Below the pieces are notes generated by a model. That model was not told the DNA's origin. It worked only from the letters and a program-made list of their open reading frames with translations, and did not search any database. From contig JAUSFL010000035.1 of assembly GCA_030649735.1 (NCBI GenBank), positions 1 through 64,000 on the forward strand: a stretch of 64,000 nt of DNA, given 5' to 3'. This document shows, piece after piece, positions 1 to 8,851 of this stretch. How positions within the stretch are numbered: the stretch's first letter is position 1; the number at the start of each line of letters is the position of its first letter. The DNA is from Candidatus Iainarchaeum sp. (lineage in GTDB: Archaea; Iainarchaeota; Iainarchaeia; Iainarchaeales; UBA10191). The position numbers were made by a program, and so were the translations under genes.

Positions 1-2
1 AT

Positions 3-437
3 GAAGAATCATATTTCAAAATCTCAAAAATCGAGGTTGTTTTAGAGCCTTACCCTAAAGGCACAGTTCCTGAAGCCCCGTTGTATGTGGACATGGGCGG
101 CGTGAAAAAAGTTTCACAGCTTGAGGCATTGATTGCAAAGAAGATTAATGGCGAGGAAAATTATGGCGGCGTAATTGCCTACAATGACATTGATGCACTT
201 TGGGGCGAGCCGGACTGGAAAATCTCTAGCGCAAATTACATTGTAGTCTATGACTTGCCTGAAGGCCAAGTTTGGCTTGACTTCAGCAAAGATAGCAGCG
301 GGCCTTCAACCTTAAGCCATGCATTGGTTTTCAAGAAAGGCCAGTCCGCAAAATTCTTGTTTGATTACTTTTTCAAGACTGCCGCAAAGTTTAACGAAAA
401 CGCATATTCAGAGCATGGCTTTAGCGTGTTTGACTAA
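3..437 (+). CDS. Hypothetical protein, 5'-truncated by window edge
   Basis: The frame of ORF 81..437 stays open back to position 3 (EESYFKISKIEVV...). No recognisable motif. Confidence 0.6.
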   Translation, partial: EESYFKISKIEVVLEPYPKGTVPEAPLYVDMGGVKKVSQLEALIAKKINGEENYGGVIAYNDIDALWGEPDWKISSANYIVVYDLPEGQVWLDFSKDSSGPSTLSHALVFKKGQSAKFLFDYFFKTAAKFNENAYSEHGFSVFD

Positions 438-452
438 AAGCGGGCTTTGCAA

Positions 453-953
453 ATGAAAAACATGGGCGACTTTGACTATTTGCCTTACTGCATTCCCTGC
501 AAGGCCTGGTGCTGCCATTCTGAAAATCCTTTTGCCTCAAAAAGCGAGCTCAAAGGGCTTTCAATATCAAAAATAACCCATAAGAAAAACACTGACTGCG
601 TTTTTTTGAAGGACTCAAAGTGCAAAAAGCATGCCTTAAGGCCTTTTGAATGCAGGATTTTCCCGTTTGACGTCAAGGAAATTGATGGGGAATTGTGGTG
701 GGTTTTGTGGAAAAACTGCCCGGCGTCCTCAAAGCTTCCGGCAAAAGAATTCGTCAAGTTTTTTGAGAAAGAATACCCAAAAAAATGGGGTTTGAAATAT
801 GTAAAAGACTATGTAAATTACCACAAGAAGGCCGAGCCCGCAAAATATTCTGGATTAAAGTTCAAAAAACTGAAAAGGCTTGACTGGAATATTTTGAAAA
901 AAAAAGGAAAAGAAAATTGCGTGAGATTTTCGGTTTTGTTTCCGATACCATAA
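453..953 (+). CDS. YkgJ-family cysteine cluster (Fe-S/Zn) protein
   Basis: CxxCxxxCC ... CVFL..SKCxxHxxRPxECRxFP pattern. Confidence 0.8.
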   Translation: MKNMGDFDYLPYCIPCKAWCCHSENPFASKSELKGLSISKITHKKNTDCVFLKDSKCKKHALRPFECRIFPFDVKEIDGELWWVLWKNCPASSKLPAKEFVKFFEKEYPKKWGLKYVKDYVNYHKKAEPAKYSGLKFKKLKRLDWNILKKKGKENCVRFSVLFPIP

Positions 954-965
954 AGTATTTAAATA
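951..965 (+). promoter_or_regulatory. Archaeal BRE/TATA promoter
   Basis: TAAAGTATTTAAATA, identical to the 15-mer upstream of ftsZ (22542-22556). Confidence 0.6.
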
Positions 966-1065
966 TCTACAACTGTAATATTGTTGCCTTTTGTAAAGAA
1001 ACGATGGCTCCCAATGCAATCGTTTTTTTGTTAACCTTAGCGAAAGCTAACCGGGGTGTAGTTTA

Positions 1066-1746
1066 GTGTTTGGTTTTATTTTATCAGCCGTGGCTCAAAA
1101 AGAAGAGGAAAAGAACATGCTTGCCTTGCTTGAAAAAAGCAAGGATTTCAAGAGCCTTTCAAAATTTGAGAAAGTGCAGGCAATCAGCATTCAAATTGCT
1201 TCAGAAGTCGTAAAGCAAGGCGAAGGCTCTTTAATAGTCATTGGCAAAACCAAAAGCTATCATTCTATCTTTCCAAACTTTTTCAAAAAAGGCAAGACAA
1301 GCATTTTTGACGCGGGCATGGAAAAAGTGCTGATTAAGCTTGCCCAAGTGGATGGCGCAATAGTTCTGGACAATTCGGGCTTTATTCAGGCTTACGGCGC
1401 GCGCATTACGAAATCCTCGACTTTCAAGGGCGCTGGAACAAGGCATTCTGCAGCCAAGGGAATTTCGCAGGAAAAAGGCGTTATTGCAATTCTTTCTTCA
1501 GAAGAAGACAAAGTAGTGAGGATTTTCAAGGGCGGCACAGTAGTTGCTGAAATAAACCCTAACACTAAAGGCGTTGAAAGCAGTGTCTCAAAGCTTGTAA
1601 AATTCGTTAATTCGCCGGACGGCGCTGTTGCCGCAGGAGCCGCCATTGCAATTCCTTTCTTGAGCATTCCAGGAGTCATTGTTTTTGCAGGCTCTTATTA
1701 CGTTGCAAAAAACATACTGAAGCTCACCCAAAAAGGGCAAAAGTAA
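1066..1746 (+). CDS. dacZ: DisA_N/DAC-domain diadenylate cyclase with C-terminal hydrophobic segment
   Basis: VDGAIVL, GTRHSAA and SEED motifs of DAC domains; hydrophobic C-terminus; SD GGGGTG upstream. Confidence 0.8.
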   Translation: MFGFILSAVAQKEEEKNMLALLEKSKDFKSLSKFEKVQAISIQIASEVVKQGEGSLIVIGKTKSYHSIFPNFFKKGKTSIFDAGMEKVLIKLAQVDGAIVLDNSGFIQAYGARITKSSTFKGAGTRHSAAKGISQEKGVIAILSSEEDKVVRIFKGGTVVAEINPNTKGVESSVSKLVKFVNSPDGAVAAGAAIAIPFLSIPGVIVFAGSYYVAKNILKLTQKGQK

Positions 1747-1788
1747 AGCCCAGAAAGTTTTAATAATTCTGGATTCTTATTCTAGAAC

Positions 1789-2250
1789 ATGAGCATTTAC
1801 AATAAGGGCTTTGACTTTAATTTTAGCTTGGGCCGGGCAAAAACAATAATCATTGCCGGCCTGGTGGTATTGTTTGCTGTTTTTGCATTGTACACGTTGT
1901 ACAATTTGTTCACTCAAAGCCCTTTGGAAGTCAGGTTTGAGCAAAACCCTTGGAAGCAAGGCGAGCTGCAGTCAAACCTCTTGTTTGTCAAAGTCGCAAA
2001 CATTACTGGCAAGAATGTAAAGCTCGCTGTGCTTGAAGTCAGGCCGCGCGCTTTCAATTCAATCATAATTTTGCCTCACAACGCGAGAATTTCAGAGACT
2101 TTGGCGCCAAACGACAGCAGAATTTTGGCTTTTGACATTCGCAAGGCATTCCCGCAACAGGCCTTGCCTCCAGGAAAGTACACTATAGACCTCACTGTCT
2201 CTTTTGACGGGAAAGAGTATGTTTCAGAAACCGTGCTTGAAGTTGAGTAA
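1789..2250 (+). CDS. Membrane-anchored protein with Ig-like beta-sandwich domain
   Basis: N-terminal TM helix, beta-rich body with LAPND and PGKYTIDL patterns. Confidence 0.6.
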   Translation: MSIYNKGFDFNFSLGRAKTIIIAGLVVLFAVFALYTLYNLFTQSPLEVRFEQNPWKQGELQSNLLFVKVANITGKNVKLAVLEVRPRAFNSIIILPHNARISETLAPNDSRILAFDIRKAFPQQALPPGKYTIDLTVSFDGKEYVSETVLEVE

Positions 2251-2265
2251 GTTTCCAAAAATTCT

Positions 2266-3024
2266 TTAAAAAAGTATTCTGCCGGCTTTTTGCATGATTG
2301 GGCTGATTATTTCGTCGCCTTTCATTGTCCTGATGCGGACTTCTTCAATTCCTTGGATTTGCCTTGCAGTCTTCAAGAGCTTTTCATAGCTTGGTGAAGG
2401 GCAGCCTTCAACTTCTTTTCCCAGAGTTCCTTCGCTTCCAATGAATTGCTGCAGCACAAAGCGTTTTGCGCCTTTAAGCTGGCGTGAAAGCTCGAGCACG
2501 TCGCGGTGAGAGTGAAGAGCCGGAACAAAAGTCATCCTGAACTCGTAGTCATTGCAGTAGAATTTTGTGGCCTGAATGCTTCTCCACACTTCTTCAATGT
2601 TAACGCGCTTTCCAGTGATTTTAAAGTAGGAGTAATCGTTGATTTGGCTTTTCAAGTCTATTGAAACAAAGTCCACAAGGCCTTTTCCGAGGATTTCTTC
2701 AAGCAAGACGCTGTCAGAGCCGTTAGTGTCAAGCTTTACTTCAAAGCCTTCGGCTTTGAGCACTTGCAAGAATTCGACAAGCTTTTTTCCCTGCAGTAAT
2801 GGCTCTCCGCCAGAAATCACTACGGAATTCACTTCAGGAAAGCCGTTGAACAATTCCTGCAGTATTTTTTCTTGCGGGATTGTTTCCAAGTTTTCAGAAT
2901 CGGCAATTATTGAATGCGCGTAGCAGTACTTGCATTCGAAATTGCAGCCTGGAGCGTACACAACTGAACTTTTTCTTCCAGGCCATGCCGTAAGGCTTTG
3001 CGGAAAGAATGCCGCTATCTGCAT
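2266..3024 (-). CDS. nrdG: Anaerobic RNR activating radical SAM protein (second paralog)
   Basis: PGCNFECKYC, ISGGEPL, KLDTNGS, YEFRMT, LQQF; probable start MQIAAFF. Confidence 0.85.
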   Translation of the reverse strand: MQIAAFFPQSLTAWPGRKSSVVYAPGCNFECKYCYAHSIIADSENLETIPQEKILQELFNGFPEVNSVVISGGEPLLQGKKLVEFLQVLKAEGFEVKLDTNGSDSVLLEEILGKGLVDFVSIDLKSQINDYSYFKITGKRVNIEEVWRSIQATKFYCNDYEFRMTFVPALHSHRDVLELSRQLKGAKRFVLQQFIGSEGTLGKEVEGCPSPSYEKLLKTARQIQGIEEVRIRTMKGDEIISPIMQKAGRILF

Positions 3025-3101
3025 AGTAAAACCAACTCTCAAGCAATTAGAATGCAGGTTCTTTTTAAAAATCATTTCTTTGGGTGGTTTATTTTTAAAT
3101 G

Positions 3102-3803
3102 CTAGTCCAAATTCCTGAATTCGACTTTTTTGACTTTTTTTTCAAGGACTTTCTTGAATTTTTCAAAATCCGCCAGGGAAAATTTTCTCGCATTTCTCAA
3201 ACTGCTGTCAATTAAGGTGTCGACTGGAACAAACTGCTGCAAATAATAAATTTTTGCGCCTTCCAAAAGTTCTGCGATTTTTTCAAAGTCTTCTTCCTTG
3301 TGGAATTCAGGCAATAGCGTGGTGCGGAATTCATATTCAATTTTTGAGTTTTTCAAGAGCTCGATGCTTTTTCTGATTTTGTCCAGTGGCGCAAGAACTC
3401 CGCAAATCCTTTCATAATTTTCCAAAGGCCCCTTAATGTCCATTGCAACATAATCAACCAGTCTTTTTTCAATCAATTCCTCAAGCATTTCGGGGTTTGT
3501 TCCATTAGTGTCCAGTTTTACCAAATAACCTATGGCTTTCACTTTTTCCAAAAATTCGGGCAGGTCTTTCTGCAGTGTTGGCTCGCCGCCCGAGACAACA
3601 ACGCCTTCAAGCACTTTTTTCCTTAAAGCCAGAAAATCAAGGTATTCTTGCACTGGAACTTCGCCTAATTCTTCATCGTCATTCACAATGCCTGAATTAT
3701 AGCAGAACCCGCACTTGAAATTGCAGCCTGGAGTGAAGGCAGTGCTTGCAAGCCTGTCCGGAAAGTCAAGTAGTGTTGTTTTTTGAATGCCTTTGATTCG
3801 CAT
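3102..3803 (-). CDS. nrdG: Anaerobic ribonucleoside-triphosphate reductase activating protein
   Basis: TTLLDFP, GCNFKCGFCYN, SGGEPTLQ, KLDTNGT, AMDIK, YEFRTT. Confidence 0.93.
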   Translation of the reverse strand: MRIKGIQKTTLLDFPDRLASTAFTPGCNFKCGFCYNSGIVNDDEELGEVPVQEYLDFLALRKKVLEGVVVSGGEPTLQKDLPEFLEKVKAIGYLVKLDTNGTNPEMLEELIEKRLVDYVAMDIKGPLENYERICGVLAPLDKIRKSIELLKNSKIEYEFRTTLLPEFHKEEDFEKIAELLEGAKIYYLQQFVPVDTLIDSSLRNARKFSLADFEKFKKVLEKKVKKVEFRNLD

Positions 3804-3868
3804 AAAATACCATTAAAGAGAATATTGCTGAAACTTCTTTAAAGGGTTTGCAAGGCAACTGCCTTTTT

Positions 3869-4126
3869 CTAAAGCAGTCCTTTATGCCTGCATTCTTTTA
3901 TGAAGTCAAGCACTGCCGCATAATGCGTTTCTTCGTCATTTAGCTTGTATATTTTTTGAATTCTTCTTTTCCTAATTTCAAAAGACCGCAGCCAAATGGG
4001 ATTCTGCAATATTCTGCTTTGATAAAAGCCATCGCAAATTTGCCTGTTTTTTGCGGGATGGCCTGTCAAGCCAAGCGGGTGAGCCCTTAAAGCCTGCTTT
4101 TTTTGCGGTTTTCTGGCTTGCGGCAT
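3869..4126 (-). CDS. Small basic hypothetical protein
   Basis: ATG at 4126 (MPQARKPQKK...) fills the gap between neighbouring genes. Confidence 0.5.
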   Translation of the reverse strand: MPQARKPQKKQALRAHPLGLTGHPAKNRQICDGFYQSRILQNPIWLRSFEIRKRRIQKIYKLNDEETHYAAVLDFIKECRHKGLL

Positions 4127-4157
4127 AATTGTCAATAATTTGGCTTTAGAATGGCTT

Positions 4158-4841
4158 TTACTTGAATCTTCTGACAAACCTGTAAGGGCATTCGCAAGGC
4201 GCCTTGTGGCACACGTGGCAGTTGTTGAAGAAAAGCTTTGAAAGCTCTCCTGCAACGTCAACATTCAATGAATTGAAAACGCTCATTACTGTCGAGTAAT
4301 AGTCTGCTGCTTCCTTTACCGCGATTTCCAAATCGCAGTACCTTCTTTCTCCCCTGAAAGTCCAGACTGCTTCTGAAAGCTCTCCGAGCTCTTCAGCCAA
4401 ATGCAGGCCCGCGATTTCCAAAGTCCTTGCGCTTGCAGGATATATTTTGTTGAACATTTCCTGGAATTCGCGCATTGTTTTTGGTCTTTTGGATTCGTCA
4501 ATGATGACTTTCTTTCGCCCTTGCACTGCGTTTTTCTTGCACTCGCAAGGGGCTTTTCCGCAGTAAGAGCAAAGGTAAGGGAATCTTTGCCAGACTGCGT
4601 CTTCAACGTCAATGTGAAGCCTTGACATTGTGGAGCTGAACCAGCTTAATGAAATCAAGGCGTTTACTTTGGTTTTTTCCGCGTTTCCTTGGCGTATTCC
4701 TTTGATGCAGCGCATTGCGTGCCTTTGAATGTTGTTGAGCATTTCTGAAAGCTCGTAATCGCGGTCATTGGGCAGAAAATAGACTTCTTTCACGAATTCT
4801 TGAAAGTCATGAATGTTTCCGTTCTCTTGAAAACTTGCCAT
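4158..4841 (-). CDS. Tandem-domain MazG-like NTP pyrophosphatase with two CxxC-PCxC Zn-finger motifs (paralog B)
   Basis: HLAEELGELSEA...KEAADY MazG motif; CSYCGKAPCEC and CHVCHKAPCEC. Confidence 0.75.
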   Translation of the reverse strand: MASFQENGNIHDFQEFVKEVYFLPNDRDYELSEMLNNIQRHAMRCIKGIRQGNAEKTKVNALISLSWFSSTMSRLHIDVEDAVWQRFPYLCSYCGKAPCECKKNAVQGRKKVIIDESKRPKTMREFQEMFNKIYPASARTLEIAGLHLAEELGELSEAVWTFRGERRYCDLEIAVKEAADYYSTVMSVFNSLNVDVAGELSKLFFNNCHVCHKAPCECPYRFVRRFK

Positions 4842-4901
4842 TAAGACAGCCTCTTGCATTCTTTTTTTAAACGCTCTTAAAATCCCTGAGTTTCTCCAAT
4901 T

Positions 4902-5585
4902 TCATTTGAATCTTAAAACAAGCCTGTAATCGCATTCGCAAGGCGATTTATGGCATGCAAAACAGTTATTGTCGAAGTTTTTTGCCAATTCTTTAGCCAG
5001 GTCAGTATTTAATGAGTTGAATATTCCAAAGACTGTTGACAGGTAATCTGCGGTTTCTTTCATGATTGTTTCAAAATCGCTGTTGCGCCTTTCTCCCCTG
5101 AAAGCAAGGATTGCGTCAGAGAGCTCGCCAAATTCTTCAGCCAAGTGAATGCCTGCAATTTCAAGGCTTCTTGAAGCCGGGGGGTAAATTCTTTTGAACA
5201 TTTCCTGGAATTCATGCATTGTTTTAGGCCTTTTGCTTTCAATCACGTCAACTTTTCTCCTTCCGGGAATTGATTCTGCCTTGCAAGTGCATGAAATGTT
5301 TCCGCAGTAAGAGCACAAGTAAGGAAACCTTTGCCAAAGCGCGTCTTCAATGTCAATGTGAAGCCTTGTCGCCATTGAAGTGTACCAGCTTAAAGAGCGC
5401 AAAAAATTAAGCTTGGCTTTCTCAGGATTTCCCTGGCGTATTCCCTTAATCCCTAAAGTGACAAACCTGTGGACATTCGCGAGCATTTCAGCCAATTCAA
5501 ACCCGCGGTCGTTCGGGAGGTCGTAGACTTCGTTGATGAATTGCTGGAATTCTTTAATGCTTCCGTTTTCTGGAAAATTAGCCAT
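4902..5585 (-). CDS. Tandem-domain MazG-like NTP pyrophosphatase with two Zn-finger motifs (paralog A)
   Basis: HLAEEFGELSDA...KETADY; CSYCGNISCTC and CFACHKSPCEC; collinear with 4158..4841. Confidence 0.75.
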   Translation of the reverse strand: MANFPENGSIKEFQQFINEVYDLPNDRGFELAEMLANVHRFVTLGIKGIRQGNPEKAKLNFLRSLSWYTSMATRLHIDIEDALWQRFPYLCSYCGNISCTCKAESIPGRRKVDVIESKRPKTMHEFQEMFKRIYPPASRSLEIAGIHLAEEFGELSDAILAFRGERRNSDFETIMKETADYLSTVFGIFNSLNTDLAKELAKNFDNNCFACHKSPCECDYRLVLRFK

Positions 5586-5669
5586 TACAATTGCCTATTT
5601 AATTGTTTTTAAAAAGCCAAATATTAGTTTAAAAGGAATTTTTGGAAAGAAGAATGAAAGGCAGAATTT

Positions 5670-5816
5670 TCATTCTACCTTGTATGTTTTCCTGTCGCAG
5701 AATTCTTCTTTTTTTCCCGCATTCCAGTTCTGGATTGGCCTATAGTATCCGACAACTCGGGAATACACTTCTGTCTTTTCTCCGCATTCTATATTTCCTT
5801 CTTGTTCTTGTGTCAT
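5670..5816 (-). CDS. nrdD: Stand-alone glycyl-radical domain of class III RNR (48 aa; not in ORF track)
   Basis: Translated by hand: MTQEQEGNIECGEKTEVYSRVVGYYRPIQNWNAGKKEEFCDRKTYKVE*; SD GGAGGT 8 nt before the ATG. Confidence 0.92.
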   Translation of the reverse strand: MTQEQEGNIECGEKTEVYSRVVGYYRPIQNWNAGKKEEFCDRKTYKVE

Positions 5817-5817
5817 A

Positions 5818-7860
5818 TTATATTACCTCCAAGGCTCTCTCTTTAATCATATTGGTTTTGACGACTACAGGGCATGTTTCATGATTTCCCGCAACATAAC
5901 CGTGCGTTTTGCAAATGCTGAATGTAGGCGTTATTGTAAAGTACGGCAAGTGATAGTTTTCCGCAATTTTTCTGACGAGTTTTTTGCAGGCTGTCGGACT
6001 TGAAATTTTTTCCCCAATAAAGCCGTGCAGCACTGTTCCGCCAGTGTACTTGCATTGCAGTTCGTCCTGGTGGTCTAATGCTTCAAAAATGTCGTCAGTG
6101 TAATCAACAGGCAAGTGCGAGGAATTCGTGTAGTATGGCGCGTTTTTTCCGGCCTGCAAAATGCCTGAAAGGTTTTTTTGGTCATGCCTTGCAAACCTGT
6201 ATGACGTTCCTTCTCCAGGAGTTGCTTCCAAATTGTACATGTGGCCTGTTTCTGCCTGGAATTCCTGCAGTCTTTCGCGCATGAAGTCCAAAACCCTGAG
6301 TGCAAAGGCCTTTCCTTCAGGAGTCTGGATTCCGCTGTCAGGCCCTAAAAAATTCAGGCAAGCCTCATGCATTCCATTCAATCCAATTGTTGCAAAGTGA
6401 TTGTTCAAAGTACCCAAGTATCTTCGCGTGTAAGGCAATAATCCTTGGTCCATGTTTTTTTGAACTTCTTTCCTTTTGATTTCAAGGCTTTCTTTTGCCA
6501 GAATCATCAGCCTTTCAAGCCTTGCAAAGAATTCTTTCTCGCTTTTTCCCTTGCTCAAGAAAGCCAAGCGAGGCATGTTTATTGTAACGACTCCAACGCT
6601 TCCAGTTGACTCTCCGGCCCCAAACAATCCGCCAGTCTTGCTTTTGAGCTTTCTCAGTTCATTCAAGTCAAGCTGCAGCCTGCAGCACATTGAGCGCACG
6701 TCATGCGGTTTTAATGAACTGTTGATGAAGTTTTGAAAGTATGGAATTCCGTACTTTGCGGTCATTTCAAAAAGCAATTCCGCATTTTCTGAATCCCAAT
6801 TAAAGTCTTTGGTTAAGTTGTAGGTTGGGATTGGGAATGAAAAAGTCCTTCCGTCAGCGTCTCCCTTAATCATCATGTCCAGGAAAGCCCTATTTATCAA
6901 GTCCATTTCATCCTGGAAGTCGCTGTAAGTCTGGTCTTGCAATTTTCCTTTAATGATTACTGGCATGTCTTTCATGTCTTCTGGAACAGTCCAGTCCAAT
7001 GTAATGTTTGTGAAAGGCGGCTGATTGCCCCAGCGGGAAGTCTGGTTGACGCTGTAAACAAACTCTTGCAGGCCTTGCTTTACTTCCTCGTAAGACAATC
7101 CTTCCTTCCAAATGAACGGGGCAAGATAAGTGTCAAAGCTTGAGATTGCCTGCGCTCCAGCCCATTCATTCTGCAAAGTTCCAAAAAAATTCACTAGCTG
7201 TCCTACTACTGCATGCATGTGTCCTGCCGGGCCTGCAGCAATTCTTCCAGAAACTCCCCTGAATCCTTCAGTGAGCAATTGCCTGAAAGACCATCCTGCA
7301 CAATAGGCCGCGAAAACCCCGTGGCTTAAGTCATGAATGTGCAAGTCCGCGCTCCTGTGCGCGTCAGAAATTTCTTTTGGGTAAATGTTATTCAAAGTGT
7401 ATTCTGCGACAATGTTTCCTGAAATGTGCGCCTGCAGGCCGGTCATTGAGTAAGTTTCGTTCGCGTTTTCTTTCACGCGCCAGTCAGTTCCAATCAAGTA
7501 GCCGTCAATTATTCCCTCGGCTTTTCTCAAAAAGCTTTTCGTGTCCCTTAACTGCCTTCTTTGCTCCCTGTAAAGAATGAAAGTCTTTGCAGTGTCTGCG
7601 TATCCTTCCTTGATTAGGATTCTTTCAACAATGTCCTGGATTTCTTCAACAGTCGGGTTGGTGTTTCCAAATCTTTCCTTCAACTGCTGGACTATTTTGT
7701 CAGTCAATTCTTCAGCAATCCAACGGTCTTTTCCACCGACTGCCTGTGCTGCGGCAAAAATTGCATTGGTGACTTTTTCACGGTCAAACCTTGTTGTACG
7801 GCCGTCTCTTTTAATCACGCAGTCAAAATACTTTTTTGCCTCTTGCATCTCTCTCAACAC
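5818..7860 (-). CDS. nrdD: Class III anaerobic ribonucleoside-triphosphate reductase, catalytic subunit with ATP-cone, lacking the glycyl-radical domain
   Basis: VIKRDG ATP cone, HIHDL, YCAGWS, RSMCCRL, EATPGE, YTGGTV, CKTHGY...CP. Confidence 0.95.
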   Translation of the reverse strand: MLREMQEAKKYFDCVIKRDGRTTRFDREKVTNAIFAAAQAVGGKDRWIAEELTDKIVQQLKERFGNTNPTVEEIQDIVERILIKEGYADTAKTFILYREQRRQLRDTKSFLRKAEGIIDGYLIGTDWRVKENANETYSMTGLQAHISGNIVAEYTLNNIYPKEISDAHRSADLHIHDLSHGVFAAYCAGWSFRQLLTEGFRGVSGRIAAGPAGHMHAVVGQLVNFFGTLQNEWAGAQAISSFDTYLAPFIWKEGLSYEEVKQGLQEFVYSVNQTSRWGNQPPFTNITLDWTVPEDMKDMPVIIKGKLQDQTYSDFQDEMDLINRAFLDMMIKGDADGRTFSFPIPTYNLTKDFNWDSENAELLFEMTAKYGIPYFQNFINSSLKPHDVRSMCCRLQLDLNELRKLKSKTGGLFGAGESTGSVGVVTINMPRLAFLSKGKSEKEFFARLERLMILAKESLEIKRKEVQKNMDQGLLPYTRRYLGTLNNHFATIGLNGMHEACLNFLGPDSGIQTPEGKAFALRVLDFMRERLQEFQAETGHMYNLEATPGEGTSYRFARHDQKNLSGILQAGKNAPYYTNSSHLPVDYTDDIFEALDHQDELQCKYTGGTVLHGFIGEKISSPTACKKLVRKIAENYHLPYFTITPTFSICKTHGYVAGNHETCPVVVKTNMIKERALEVI

Positions 7861-8065
7861 CTTTTTTCAATGACTAAAACTCCCATTCAAAAAGAGAACA
7901 ATTTTTTTCTTTCGAAAATTGTAAAGTATTACTAAGCGAAACTTCTTTAAAAAACTTTCCAAAAAAAACAAAAACCGAAAAAATACCCCGCAAATCAGTT
8001 TGCAAACCAGAGTCTAATCTTCGTTTTGTTCACTTTCCAAATTTAAGTTGGTTTCGTCAAAAGCC

Positions 8066-8350
8066 TTAAAATTTTATTGAAAATTCTTCCATCTGGTTTT
8101 TCTTTGAAGAAAACTTTTTTTCAATCCTTTCCACTCTCGCAAACCCGGCATCCTGCTCTAAAATTTCCAGCAGTGAAAGCAATTCTTTCTTTTCTCCAAA
8201 AGCCTCTAATTCCACAGTCCCGTCCCCGCAATTCTTGACCCATCCGGCAAGTCCCAGTCTTCGTGCGTTTTGCCTTACAAACGCCCTGAATCCAACGCCT
8301 TGCACTCTTCCAAAAGCCTTTGCGAAAACGCAGTTTTCATTATTGCTCAA
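8066..8350 (-). CDS. acyP: Acylphosphatase
   Basis: GRVQGVGFR and GWVKN motifs. Confidence 0.93.
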   Translation of the reverse strand: MSNNENCVFAKAFGRVQGVGFRAFVRQNARRLGLAGWVKNCGDGTVELEAFGEKKELLSLLEILEQDAGFARVERIEKKFSSKKNQMEEFSIKF

Positions 8351-8796
8351 GCTTTCGCCTTCAATTCCTTCAATTTTTCCTCAAGCTCTTCAAGCGAGCT
8401 TACTATTTCAACGCAAGAGTTTGAAATCATCAGGTTCAATTGCTTTTTTTGGTCAAAAATCCTGCTGTCATTCAAAAACCCTATTATTGGAATTCCTTTA
8501 GAATACAAATAACCAATCTCAAAGGCAGTTCCTGAATCAACATCCAGCCCATCAAGCAATGCAACGCAAGCACTGCAGGAATCCATTGCCTTCAAGTCTT
8601 TTTCAAAAAAAGGCCTTGGGGGACAGTCTCTTTTGAAGACTCCGGCGTTCTTGTGCGGCAAATAAGCAATAAAGCCCCCTCCTTCTTCTTCTCCTCCTCT
8701 TCCGGCCTTTTCGCAAACAGCGCCGATTTCTTCAATGTGCTTTCTATGGTATTCAGTGAACAATGGCCCGGCTACATAAACGATTGGCTTTTCCAT
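8347..8796 (-). CDS. Nucleoside 2-deoxyribosyltransferase family protein
   Basis: VYVAGPLF, YLPH, D...DSGTAFEIG, LNLM motifs. Confidence 0.85.
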   Translation of the reverse strand: MEKPIVYVAGPLFTEYHRKHIEEIGAVCEKAGRGGEEEGGGFIAYLPHKNAGVFKRDCPPRPFFEKDLKAMDSCSACVALLDGLDVDSGTAFEIGYLYSKGIPIIGFLNDSRIFDQKKQLNLMISNSCVEIVSSLEELEEKLKELKAKA

Positions 8797-8851
8797 AACT
8801 TGTCTTGTACCTGTTTGTTTTTTTAATTCTTTCCAGCCTTCAATAATGCAC

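Noticed and set aside
985-1060. Canonical ydaO c-di-AMP or fluoride riboswitch
   Set aside because: Only fragments (AGCTAACC, GATGG) match; length and conserved cores do not.
5810-5870. nrdD as a frameshifted pseudogene or sequencing error
   Set aside because: The small ORF has a strong SD, its own ATG and an in-frame stop just upstream, and all catalytic motifs are intact.
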